Shown piece by piece: positions 1-8,872 of a stretch of DNA of 32,566 nucleotides (position 1 is its first letter; each line of letters opens with the position of its first letter). Under the pieces are notes generated by a model. The model worked only from the letters and a program-made list of their open reading frames with translations, was not told the DNA's origin and did no database searches. This stretch comes from a virus (lineage: Duplodnaviria; Caudoviricetes). The position numbers were made by a program, and so were the translations under genes. Location: the IMG/VR virus record IMGVR_UViG_3300045980_000063, positions 1 to 32,566 of that record; one strand, written 5' to 3'.

Positions 1-408
1 ATGATCCAGCGTACCCTCGCCCCGAGCTCGCTCTACATGCGGGGCTTCAACAACGCGATCCCCTCCGCATTGACTATCCGCCGCGACGCTCGGGTGTGGC
101 TGATCGAGGAGACCGAGACCGGGTTCGGCGGCGTCCACCGACGCATGACCTGGACGGACCGTCACCCCCACACGATGCCCGGCGGAACGCCTTTCATGGG
201 CGAGGCGGGCGCGCTCGGGCAGGTCGGGGACGTCTCCTACCGCCTCATCGGGACCGGCACGGTGGAGACGGTTGTCCACCAGCAGGTGCAGCAGACGGTG
301 CGCGACGAGTACGGCGACCCGGTCTGGGAAGACACCGCCGATGGGGTGGAAGAGGTCACCGAGCCTGTGTGGGTCCGCACCGGTCGCATCACGGTGGTCG
401 AGGCGTGA
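1..408 (+). CDS. Hypothetical protein, probably 5'-truncated by the window edge
   Basis: Open frame from base 1. Its TGA (406-408) overlaps the GTG start (405) of the recombinase (GTGA coupling). Confidence 0.6.
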   Translation: MIQRTLAPSSLYMRGFNNAIPSALTIRRDARVWLIEETETGFGGVHRRMTWTDRHPHTMPGGTPFMGEAGALGQVGDVSYRLIGTGTVETVVHQQVQQTVRDEYGDPVWEDTADGVEEVTEPVWVRTGRITVVEA

Positions 409-1475
409 AGCGTCAGAGCTTCCGGGGACGGCGCAGCAGCGCCGCCCCGCGGTTCCAGCCCTCCCCAGAGCCGGTACTCGCTCCCGTACCCGACCAGGGC
501 GCCGAGACGACCCCAGCCGCGGAGAGTGCGGCACCGCTCCCCGAGAAGAGCCGGGGACGACGGGCATCGACAGCGCGCGTCGAGCACCCGTGGGTGACCG
601 CCTACCTCGCTCCCTACGCGGGCCGCACAACCGAGAACTACCTCTATGCCCTCGCCCGCTGGTCCGCGCGGTGTGAGGCGGCGGGCATCCGCATCGAGGA
701 CGCCACGCGCCAAGACATCGAGTCCTGGCGCGCAGAGATGACCGAGGCCGGGTGTGGCCCGCGCACGATCCGCTCGATACTGACCCCCGTGCGCGGCCTC
801 TACCGGTACGCGATCGAGGAAGGCTACCTGGATCGCGACCCCTCCGCGCTCGTGCGCCTGCCGCGCACACCACGCACCTCTGCCCGCTCCTGGCTGCATC
901 CCGACGACCTGCTGCAACTACTGGACTACGCCAGCGCGCACGCCGACCCTGCAACCAGTGCGATGCTCCACCTGCACGGCCTGTGCGGCACACGCCCCGG
1001 AGAGACCCGCCGCATCGACGTCAGGGACATCGCCGGGTACGGGTCCCGGACGGCCCTCGCGCTCCGCCACCGGAAAGAGGGGGCCTCCGACCGCATCACC
1101 GTCTCGCCGCGCGTGGCCGGCGAGCTCGCCCGCGCGATCGCCGACCGCCGTACCGGGCCGCTGCTGCTCAACGCCGCCGGCGACCGGATCGACAAGAGCC
1201 AGGCCCGCGAGCGCGTGCAGAAGATCGTCCGAGCCTCCGGTGTCCCGCACGTCACCCCCTACGGTCTCCGCACCGGGTTCATCATCATCGCGCTATCCGC
1301 GGGCGTGCCCGAACGCGAGGTCATGCACTACGTCGGCCACACCACGAGCTCGCAGACGGCATACTATGACCGCCTCCGCACCACGATCGACTCCGCGGCC
1401 AGCAGCACTGTCGCCGACCACATCGCCGCCGGCACGTCGCGGTACGATCAGACCGCCCGGCCGACGCCGGGATGA
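405..1475 (+). CDS. Tyrosine recombinase/integrase (XerC/D-like)
   Basis: SAM-like N-terminal region (RTTENYLYALARW...RGLYRYAIEEGYLDRDP). Catalytic motifs GTRPGE (R), HRKEG (K), TPYGLR (HxxR with H replaced by Y), VGH...TAYY (H, Y). Start reassigned to the GTG at 405. Confidence 0.88.
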   Translation: MKRQSFRGRRSSAAPRFQPSPEPVLAPVPDQGAETTPAAESAAPLPEKSRGRRASTARVEHPWVTAYLAPYAGRTTENYLYALARWSARCEAAGIRIEDATRQDIESWRAEMTEAGCGPRTIRSILTPVRGLYRYAIEEGYLDRDPSALVRLPRTPRTSARSWLHPDDLLQLLDYASAHADPATSAMLHLHGLCGTRPGETRRIDVRDIAGYGSRTALALRHRKEGASDRITVSPRVAGELARAIADRRTGPLLLNAAGDRIDKSQARERVQKIVRASGVPHVTPYGLRTGFIIIALSAGVPEREVMHYVGHTTSSQTAYYDRLRTTIDSAASSTVADHIAAGTSRYDQTARPTPG

Positions 1476-1541
1476 TCCGAGTGTGGCGTACGGTTCCGCT
1501 GCGCGCCGGTCAGCTCCCCGCTCCCGCGCGGGGATGATCCC
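1451..1541 (+). CRISPR. Candidate type I-E-like CRISPR mini-array (repeat, 31-nt spacer, repeat), no cas genes in window
   Basis: R1 1451-1479 GACCG-CCCGGC-CGAC-GCCGGG-ATGATCCG (29 nt). Spacer 1480-1510. R2 1511-1541 CAGCT-CCCCGC-TCCCGC-GCGGGG-ATGATCCC. Both follow the I-E repeat layout of 5 nt, 6-bp stem, loop, 8-nt handle. Confidence 0.6.
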
Positions 1542-1565
1542 ACCGTCACGCGCGTGCACGACGAA

Positions 1566-1627
1566 ACCGCCCCTCCCGGGGAGCTCGCCGCCATGATGGC
1601 GTCGGAAGCTCACCCAGGAGGGGCGGT
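1566..1627. terminator. Long inverted repeat between convergent genes, probable bidirectional terminator
   Basis: ACCGCCCCTCC (1566-1576) pairs with GGAGGGGCGGT (1617-1627), with further internal pairing. Confidence 0.6.
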
Positions 1628-1632
1628 AGTGA

Positions 1633-3549
1633 TCAGGCTGGGACCGTGATGATGAGGTCGTCCACCTCGTAGTTGGCCGACGCGCCGACCGCGAAGGCGG
1701 CGAACCCGGGCGCCTCGTTCACGGCAGCGGCCGTACCGATGATCTCGCCGTTCTTCAGCCACTCCACCAGGTCACCGAGCACGCGATACCCGATGCGGTC
1801 GCCGGGCACCCATGTCCCACCGATGTTGAGGGTCCCGTCGGGGTTGATCACCAGAGGGTTCCCGGTTCCACCGCTGATCGCCGAGCGCCGAGCTATGACC
1901 TGGATGGATCCGCCAGTGACGCTCAGCACCCTCACCGAGAGACCGTAGTCCGGTTGGGGCATGGGGATGCCGAGGACGCCTGACGCGCCGCCCGAGGACC
2001 GGGACAGGCGACCTTCGGCGATGTTCCAGTAGGAGGAGAACGGCGAGGTGGGGACGGCCGAAGCCGTTCCGCCGAGAGCGTTGTTCAGCGTCCGACCGAC
2101 CGCGGTTCCGTCAGGCGGGGAGAAGTCGTCAGACGCCCAAACCACCCAGTCCGGCTCCACCGGGGGCGAACCCTCTGGCCACTCGGCCCAGCCGAACTCG
2201 ACCAGGCGCTCCATGACGAACCGCGCAACGAGCTGGCTCCCTACGGGGTTGAGATGCACGTTGTCGGTGCGGAGCGAAGTGGGAACCGTGTCCGCAGCGA
2301 TGTCCGTCTGGTCCTGCGCGGTCGGGGTGATGCCAGCCACCGCCAGACCGTAGTCGATCAGAGCCCGGCGCACGTTGACGAATCGGCGCCCGTAGAGGGC
2401 AGCCTGCCTGGCCTCCAGCGCCAGCACAGACGTGTGAGCCGACGTCCCGGCACCCTCGTTCAGGGCATTGACCACGCCGAGCACAAGGTAGCGAGGCTTC
2501 GCCGGGGCGAGAGCTCCGATCGCAGACTGGACGTCCTCCATGATGCGATCGGTCTGAGCGAGGTTGTTCCGTCCCAGCCAGAAGATCGACGTCCAGTTCC
2601 CGTACACCTCACGAGCCGCCGGGATCAGCGGCACGGGGTAGAGCGGGGCCGGAACGGCGGTACCGGGCACCGAGCGAGTGAACACGTACCGAGAGGATGC
2701 GGCAGACCAGGAGAACGTGCCCTGGACGCCGAGAACGATCGCAGGGTTCATGCCCCTGTTGCCCTGCTTCATCAACGTCGAAGTCTCCACGCCGCCGGAA
2801 GTGCGCGGCGTGACGAACACTGGCCCCGATGCGGGAATCTGGCCACCATCGAAGGACAGCAGGATAGGGTTGCCGCCCTGCCGGGCCGCGATGTCGTACG
2901 ACCTCTCGCCACCCACGCCCGCCCCGTACACGTTGAGACCGCTCAGGTCCGCCAGTGCAGCCGGGTACGCGGAGGCCGTCATCGAGTCGCCCCAGCAGAC
3001 CACATCGGAGGAGGAATCGATGGAGGCCTGCACCTCGACAACCGCGTGTTCCGCACGGACCGCTGCCGCCTCGGCGGCGAGCCGATCCTCGCTGGACACC
3101 ACGACCGTCACGCCAGGTGCCGGGTTCGTGGGAACGAGCTTGGCGAGGTCGACGGTGTCCCCGTTGGGAACATCGAACGTCGGAAGCACCGGCTGCTGCT
3201 CGACGCCTTCGAGCTTGACGATCGCCTTGTACTGCGCTCGGTTCGGCTCAGCGTGCGGCTGCTCGGTTGCAGGCACCCACACGCCGGGCGTCGGCGGCAG
3301 ATTGTCCCGAGTGGTGCCCGGCGGGTAGATGTCGCCGTCGATGATCGGGCACACGTGCCGCCCGGCGACAGCAGTGCGCGGCTTCGTGATCCCGGGGTAT
3401 CGCACGACGGGCTGCGTGGACATGATCGTGATGGTGCCCTGCAGCGGCACCTCGTCGGGGCGGTTGCCGGGGTCGGGACCGTCAGCGATGTCGGAGACGA
3501 AGAACCCAACGATACGACCCGCCCCGACCTCAGCGGGAACGTCAGCCAT
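1633..3549 (-). CDS. Tail-associated protein with SGNH/GDSL hydrolase domain and a C-terminal beta-sandwich-like region
   Basis: SGNH blocks CWGDSMT, GVGG, GRNN, DNVH. N-terminus resembles actinophage minor tail anchor regions. Confidence 0.75.
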   Translation of the reverse strand: MADVPAEVGAGRIVGFFVSDIADGPDPGNRPDEVPLQGTITIMSTQPVVRYPGITKPRTAVAGRHVCPIIDGDIYPPGTTRDNLPPTPGVWVPATEQPHAEPNRAQYKAIVKLEGVEQQPVLPTFDVPNGDTVDLAKLVPTNPAPGVTVVVSSEDRLAAEAAAVRAEHAVVEVQASIDSSSDVVCWGDSMTASAYPAALADLSGLNVYGAGVGGERSYDIAARQGGNPILLSFDGGQIPASGPVFVTPRTSGGVETSTLMKQGNRGMNPAIVLGVQGTFSWSAASSRYVFTRSVPGTAVPAPLYPVPLIPAAREVYGNWTSIFWLGRNNLAQTDRIMEDVQSAIGALAPAKPRYLVLGVVNALNEGAGTSAHTSVLALEARQAALYGRRFVNVRRALIDYGLAVAGITPTAQDQTDIAADTVPTSLRTDNVHLNPVGSQLVARFVMERLVEFGWAEWPEGSPPVEPDWVVWASDDFSPPDGTAVGRTLNNALGGTASAVPTSPFSSYWNIAEGRLSRSSGGASGVLGIPMPQPDYGLSVRVLSVTGGSIQVIARRSAISGGTGNPLVINPDGTLNIGGTWVPGDRIGYRVLGDLVEWLKNGEIIGTAAAVNEAPGFAAFAVGASANYEVDDLIITVPA

Positions 3550-3835
3550 CGGTGCTCGCCGACTCGGCGGTGGGCGTACTGCGTGGTGCGGATCCGAAGC
3601 CGATGCGCTTGAGCCAGCGGTCCACGGTCGGGATCGCGATGAGCCGGGTCAGAGCCGTGTTGATCGCGACGGCCTGCACGCCGATCGCGGTCAGCCATCC
3701 GGCCGACCACTCGTCCTGGATGATCGCGATGACCTGCGGCACGAGCGGCAGCAGAGTCAGCAGCGTCGTCAAGGCCGTGCGGAGGGCGCGCTGGCCCTTG
3801 AACCAGATCTCACCGCTGGCAATGGTGCGGGGCAT
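3542..3835 (-). CDS. Holin-like membrane protein
   Basis: MPRTIASGEIWFKGQRALRTALTTLLTLLPLVP..., two hydrophobic segments, in the lysis cassette. AAGGA RBS upstream of the ATG at 3835. Confidence 0.7.
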   Translation of the reverse strand: MPRTIASGEIWFKGQRALRTALTTLLTLLPLVPQVIAIIQDEWSAGWLTAIGVQAVAINTALTRLIAIPTVDRWLKRIGFGSAPRSTPTAESASTDG

Positions 3836-3848
3836 AGTTAGTCCTTTC

Positions 3849-4208
3849 TCAGATGATGTCGGAGATGCCGGTTGGCGGGTCCGGGATTGGCGCGTCGGGC
3901 GCGTGGCGGCGATGGGAGTCGATGAGCCGTCGGATGTACGCGACCAGCGACCACGACCGCTGTTCCTCATCGCGGAGCTTCTGCTCCACGGTGGTGAGGC
4001 GCTCGCGGGCGTCGGTGAGGTCGTCGCGCACCGACTTCAGCTCCGTACGAAGCGGCTCGATCAGCTCCGTGGCGGTGTTCGTGAGGGACGCGGCCGCTTC
4101 TGCGCGAGACTTCCCGCGCCCAGAGAACGCGGTGATGACTGCGGCGATGCCGGCGAGCCCGGTGAGGATCGCGCCGAGAGCGAGCAGGATCGGCGCGATA
4201 TCCATCAC
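3849..4208 (-). CDS. Membrane-anchored coiled-coil lysis-cassette protein
   Basis: N-terminal TM (ILLALGAILTGLAGIAAVI) followed by a heptad coiled coil. Confidence 0.7.
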   Translation of the reverse strand: MMDIAPILLALGAILTGLAGIAAVITAFSGRGKSRAEAAASLTNTATELIEPLRTELKSVRDDLTDARERLTTVEQKLRDEEQRSWSLVAYIRRLIDSHRRHAPDAPIPDPPTGISDII

Positions 4209-4624
4209 GTGCGACCTCGCTTCGCTTTGCGAGCCGCCCGGATCAGCAGGAGCGCGTCACGCGCGATGATGTACACGGTCGCCAAGATCAGGCCCGCGAA
4301 GATCACGCCCGTGAACGTGCCGGGTCCGAACGCGATCGCCATCGACACCCAGTACGCCGACAGCGCGCCGAGCACCGATGACGTGCCAGCGATGCGCAGC
4401 CATGCCCCGACCCACTGGTCGCGCCACCAGACCCCGCACGCGGCGACCGCGGGGCCGGCGACGAGCATCACTACCCACGCCTGGTGGAAGCCCTCGCCGA
4501 GCGCGTCGCGCACCGAGCTGGGGACGCTGCCGATCATCGTCAGGCCCCCAACCAGGTACGACACGAGCACGATCAGCTCGACGGGATGCTGCACCTGCGC
4601 CCACAGGCGCCGTGCGGTGCGCAT
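4205..4624 (-). CDS. Four-TM membrane protein (holin-like)
   Basis: Start MRTARRLW overlaps the upstream stop (TGATG). About four hydrophobic helices. Confidence 0.7.
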   Translation of the reverse strand: MRTARRLWAQVQHPVELIVLVSYLVGGLTMIGSVPSSVRDALGEGFHQAWVVMLVAGPAVAACGVWWRDQWVGAWLRIAGTSSVLGALSAYWVSMAIAFGPGTFTGVIFAGLILATVYIIARDALLLIRAARKAKRGRT

Positions 4625-5959
4625 CAGCGGGCGTAGAGCTTGCGGTAACCGGCCGAGAGGACGCGGAGGCCGTCGTGATGCGCCTCGACCTCGACACGGG
4701 CGCGGACGTTGGGACCGAACCAGTAGATGTCGGAGTACTGGAAAGGCTCCTCGCCGGTCAGCGCGGGGATCTTGATGCCCTTGCGGGTCCCGATCCGGTG
4801 CCACTTGCCGCCGCGCTTCTCCTCGAAGAACGCGCGGATGCGGCCCGCGGTGCCGGTGGCGCGATCACCATTCGGGCCGCCGGCGAGGGTCACCTCGACG
4901 ATGATGAAGCCGGATTCGCGCTGGCCGCCGCCGGTCATCGCGAACTCGTGGACGGGCTTCTTGGTCGTGCCGTTGAGGCGGATGGGGAAGTACTTCCCCT
5001 TGCCGAGGTTCTGCGGGGAACCGTAGAAGCCCTCTTCCTCCTTATAGGCCATGGTGTCGTCCTTCCCGGCAGGCGCGTTCGGCCCGCCACCGTTGATCGA
5101 TTCGCCCGGGTCGTCCGGGCTGATGCTGTGCGGCTTCCCGCGACCGAGGAACGGGTCCGCGATGGCGAGCTGCTCGACGTGCCACGGCTCGCGGAAGTTC
5201 TTCCCCGTGTGGGTGAAGTTGAACCGGCCGAGGTTCGCCGAGAGCAGCCGGTTGCGTGTTGAACGACGACGCGACACCGGGATCGGGGCCGTCGTCGCGC
5301 AGGTCCAGGCTGCGGCCGGTCTCGTGGTTCGACGAGCCGGGCGCTGCGACCGTGCCGGCCGCGGACACGCGATACCACGGCACGCCCTGCCAGTAGCGGA
5401 CGTCGTAGACGCGCCGCCCGCCCGGAGTGCGGGTGTACCGCTGCCGGAAGATCGCTTCCTGCTCCGCGTAGGTGCGGATGCCGGACGAGACGATCAGGTT
5501 GAAGCCCGTCGCCTGCTTGAACCACGCCTTCAGCGCGAGGAGGTCGGGGACGATCCCGATCGCGACCGGCCATCCGTCGATCCGCGCGAAGGGGCGCCGG
5601 ATCGCGGCGGCGGCCGTGCCGGGCGTGTTTGAGAGCGTGACCGCGGACGCGAGAGCCGGCCCGAGCGCGGGCTTCGGCTCGTCGTCCTCGCTCTCTTCGA
5701 CGGGCAGGGGGCCGCCGAGCTCGGGGACATCCACCTCGCCCGCGTCGTCATGCGCGGCCGTGGAGTCGGCGAGCGTCGCGCCGGAGACCACGGCCAGGCC
5801 GCCGAAGCTGTCGAGGCCGACGAAGTCCGGCACGCCGTCCCCGTCGACGTCGCCGTAGATCGGGATGAGCGGGCGCTGCTCGCCGGCGTCCCGCCACGCG
5901 AGCAGCGCGGCCAGCAGCTCGGCGCGCTCGTCGGCGGCGAGGTTGTCGAGGTCGATCAC
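4624..5959 (-). pseudogene. M15-family (VanY-like) zinc peptidase endolysin split by a frameshift near 5255-5260
   Basis: ORF 5042-5959 carries SGIRTYAEQ...AAPGSSNHETGRSLD. The final zinc-ligand motif EPWH lies in the other frame (ORF 4624-5277). Confidence 0.75.
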
Positions 5960-6237
5960 GGGGTGCCTCCCTCCGGAACGGAAGAAGCCGCCCCCTCGTC
6001 GGGTGCGGCTTCGGTGTCGGTGTCGGTGTCGGGTTGGCCGGGCGGTGACTCGATCGGTTCCAGCGTGAGCCGGTATCGCTCGACCATGTCGGTCGGGCCG
6101 TTGGGGCCCCAGAGGGTGAGCGAGTAGATCGCTTCGGTGTCGCTGGTGCGCTCGACGCCGATCTGCTTGCCGGGCACGTCGCCGTTGAAGCCGCCGTGGA
6201 GCGAGCTGATGATGTTGAGCACGTCTCGTGCGGTCAT
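5956..6237 (-). CDS. Hypothetical protein
   Basis: 93 aa ORF with AAGGAG RBS. Its stop overlaps the endolysin start. Confidence 0.65.
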   Translation of the reverse strand: MTARDVLNIISSLHGGFNGDVPGKQIGVERTSDTEAIYSLTLWGPNGPTDMVERYRLTLEPIESPPGQPDTDTDTEAAPDEGAASSVPEGGTP

Positions 6238-6250
6238 GGGTTTCTCCTTG

Positions 6251-6907
6251 TCACGCGGCGGGGTAGGTGAATTCCAGGGTCATGCTGTCGCCGACGGCCC
6301 ACACCATGGGCACGGGCGTTCCGCCGTCACCCCGGACGAAGACCACCCGCACGTTTGCTTCGCTGGACCCGCTTCGGAATGTGCGGGGTGATGCGTAGCC
6401 GTCGAGCACGAACACGTTCCCGGAGAACCGGTCGCCCGCGGACACGTCGAGCACGGTGCAGACGTTGCTGTAGACCACCCCGGCCACGGGGGATACCGGG
6501 TGAGGCAGATAGAAGGTGATGATGCCGTTGTGCGTCGTGGTGCTGCCGGCGACGAACACGATGCTGGCTGTCACCTTGCCGTCGGACATCCACCATGAGC
6601 CGGTGAGCGTGCCGTTGCCGAGGACGATCCCGGACCGGATCGACGGGGTGAACGATCGGGGCGGGACGGTCCACAGTTTCCAGCTGGTGCCGTCGTGCCG
6701 GTATGTGCACCCGTCGGTCGTGTCGAACCACTCGAGGCCGCGGCGCGCCCACTCGTACGCGGTGCGGGCGGTGGTCGGGCCGATCAGCCGCGTGCCGACC
6801 ATGGCCGCGAACTCCGCGACCTGGGTCGGGTTCACGGCGAGGTCGGGGGCGTCGGTGTCGGCGAAGCGGGGCGCGCCGGTCACCGGGTCGCGGGAGCTGA
6901 ATGCCAT
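6251..6907 (-). CDS. Minor tail protein
   Basis: Start MAFSSRDPVTG after GAAAGG. Contains the motif GLEWFDTTDG...YRHDGTSW and a beta-rich C-terminus. Confidence 0.7.
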   Translation of the reverse strand: MAFSSRDPVTGAPRFADTDAPDLAVNPTQVAEFAAMVGTRLIGPTTARTAYEWARRGLEWFDTTDGCTYRHDGTSWKLWTVPPRSFTPSIRSGIVLGNGTLTGSWWMSDGKVTASIVFVAGSTTTHNGIITFYLPHPVSPVAGVVYSNVCTVLDVSAGDRFSGNVFVLDGYASPRTFRSGSSEANVRVVFVRGDGGTPVPMVWAVGDSMTLEFTYPAA

Positions 6908-6917
6908 GAGGTGCCTT

Positions 6918-7772
6918 TCATCTGGTGCCTTGGAGGCGAAGCTGGCCGGAGGCGGGGTCGGAGCGCACCGACGCCCAGGTCGTCGGGGTAGGGGCATCGG
7001 AGACGACGCCGAGTCCATAGCCGCCCGCGGCGAGCACGGGAAGCCACCCCGTCGGCAGCAGTTGCCAGCCGCCTCCGGGAAGCGTGGTGAGGTTCGTGAT
7101 CGATGGCGGCCCGGCGGGGATGTCCGCGCCGGCAGCGAGACCGACCTGCACGGGGCCGCCGGCCGCGTCGAGGGGGAAGAACGCTTCCAGCGCGGTGAGG
7201 GCCGTGGCTCCCTGGAGGGCGTCGCGGATGCGGGTGCCGTACGCCCACATGCCAGAGTTCCCGGCCCCGGCCCAGGGCTCCGCACCCCACCAGTCCGTGC
7301 GGTACCGGCCGGAGTCGGTGGCGCGCACGTTGACGTCGAACGTCTCCGGCGGCGGCATGGGAGGCGGGATCGGCGTGGGGACCGGCAGCGTCGTGGACAG
7401 GGCGCCTGCGCATACCGGGCCACGCTCGGTCCACACGACCAGTGCCTGCGCGCCCGTGGCTGGTGCGGCGCCCGTGTGCGGGGCGCTGATCGTCTGCCCG
7501 CCGGTGGCGAGCGTCGCGACCCCGGAGGACACGGACACGACCGTCCACACCGCTGGGCGGGGCTGGGCGGGGCCGATGACGAGGCCGCGCCCGCCGAGCC
7601 ATGCGACCTGCACGCTCTCCCCGACCTGCGGGGCGGTGTCGGCGACGACGGGCAGGGCGACGGCGGTCGCGCCGACGAGCACGCGACCGTCACCGAGCCA
7701 CGTGCCCGTCTCGGTCGCGACGGTCGGAGCTTTCGCGGCGCGTTCGATGAGGAGGTCGTCGGCGTCGTTCAT
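6918..7772 (-). CDS. Minor tail protein
   Basis: Position in tail module, coupled to neighbours, Pro-rich linker then beta domain. Confidence 0.7.
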   Translation of the reverse strand: MNDADDLLIERAAKAPTVATETGTWLGDGRVLVGATAVALPVVADTAPQVGESVQVAWLGGRGLVIGPAQPRPAVWTVVSVSSGVATLATGGQTISAPHTGAAPATGAQALVVWTERGPVCAGALSTTLPVPTPIPPPMPPPETFDVNVRATDSGRYRTDWWGAEPWAGAGNSGMWAYGTRIRDALQGATALTALEAFFPLDAAGGPVQVGLAAGADIPAGPPSITNLTTLPGGGWQLLPTGWLPVLAAGGYGLGVVSDAPTPTTWASVRSDPASGQLRLQGTR

Positions 7773-8872
7773 GCGATCTCCCTCCGGATGCGGATGGTGA
7801 TGTCCATGAGCGCGTCCCCGGACAGGCCCGCTCGGATCACGCGGCCCGTCATCTCCCGGTCGGTGGTCACGGTGACCACGTCGCCCACCTCGATGAGCGG
7901 GTGGAAGTGGCAGCGGATCGGGATGTCGATGACCTGCGGCCCCGACAGCCGCTCCAGCTCGGCGAGGGTGAGCGCGTCGGCTTCCTGCTTGGACGAGACC
8001 TGGCCGGACAGGTACGCGGTGCGGCGTCCGAAGTGCCCGGTGATCGACAGGGGGCCTGCAGTGATGCGCGCCACGGTCTGCACCTGCCCGCGATCACCGA
8101 GCTCGAAGCTCCCGACGACTTCGTTGCGGATCTCGGTCGTGTCGATGTCGTCCTCGAAGGACACGACGGTGCCGCCCTCGCCGACGTGCAGCTGCGCGAC
8201 CGGGGCGCCGAGCTCGTCGGGCACGACCGTGAGCGACCCGGCGGAATCAACGACGGCGACACCGCCGAGCACTCCGGCGAGGCCCTGCACCGCCGCCAGC
8301 CGCGTGCCCTCCGCCGCCTCCCACACCAGGCCGGCCGGGACCGGCTTGTCCGGCACCGACCGCGCCACGGGCAGGCCGCTGAGACGCTGGATCTCCGCCC
8401 AGCACGACGAGCCCCGCGGGGACTCCGCCGACGTGAACCCGTGTCCGCGGATCGCGTTGTCAAGGGAGAGGAAGTCGACCTCCACCCGTGCAGCGACCGC
8501 GAACGTGCCGTGGCCGGGGAGCGTGGCGGTGTACTCGGTCGCCTTCGCGCGGGTCACATCGAACCGGCCCAGGGACACGACTTCAGACCATGCGCCCGCG
8601 CTGATCGTCACGATGGGCTCCACTGAAGCCAGGAACGGGCTGAGGAGCCCGGTGACGCCGTCAGGCTTGACCGTCTCGCCGAGCAGCGACTCGACGATCA
8701 GCGTCGCCGACCCCGCCTGCTTCACCTCCGCGAGGAGGTCGCCTGTGGCCGACCACGACTCGGCCCGCAAGCCCCGCTTCATGCGGAGATGACCGTGCCA
8801 CACGTCGAACGCGATCTCACGAGTGAAGCTGCCGGTGAGCACGTCGACGAGAGCCGCCGATCCTGTCCGCAT
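7769..8872 (-). CDS. Minor tail / baseplate hub-like protein
   Basis: Start MRTGSAAL overlaps the upstream stop. C-terminal HPLIEVGDVVTV motif is typical of hub proteins. Confidence 0.72.
   Translation of the reverse strand: MRTGSAALVDVLTGSFTREIAFDVWHGHLRMKRGLRAESWSATGDLLAEVKQAGSATLIVESLLGETVKPDGVTGLLSPFLASVEPIVTISAGAWSEVVSLGRFDVTRAKATEYTATLPGHGTFAVAARVEVDFLSLDNAIRGHGFTSAESPRGSSCWAEIQRLSGLPVARSVPDKPVPAGLVWEAAEGTRLAAVQGLAGVLGGVAVVDSAGSLTVVPDELGAPVAQLHVGEGGTVVSFEDDIDTTEIRNEVVGSFELGDRGQVQTVARITAGPLSITGHFGRRTAYLSGQVSSKQEADALTLAELERLSGPQVIDIPIRCHFHPLIEVGDVVTVTTDREMTGRVIRAGLSGDALMDITIRIRREIA

Noticed and set aside
96-404. Arg-rich N-terminal extension of the recombinase ORF in the track
   Set aside because: Overlaps the upstream gene in another frame; the GTGA-coupled start at 405 is more plausible.
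1572-1600. Possible third CRISPR repeat ending ATGATGGC
   Set aside because: No matching stem in the right position; better explained as part of the terminator hairpin.
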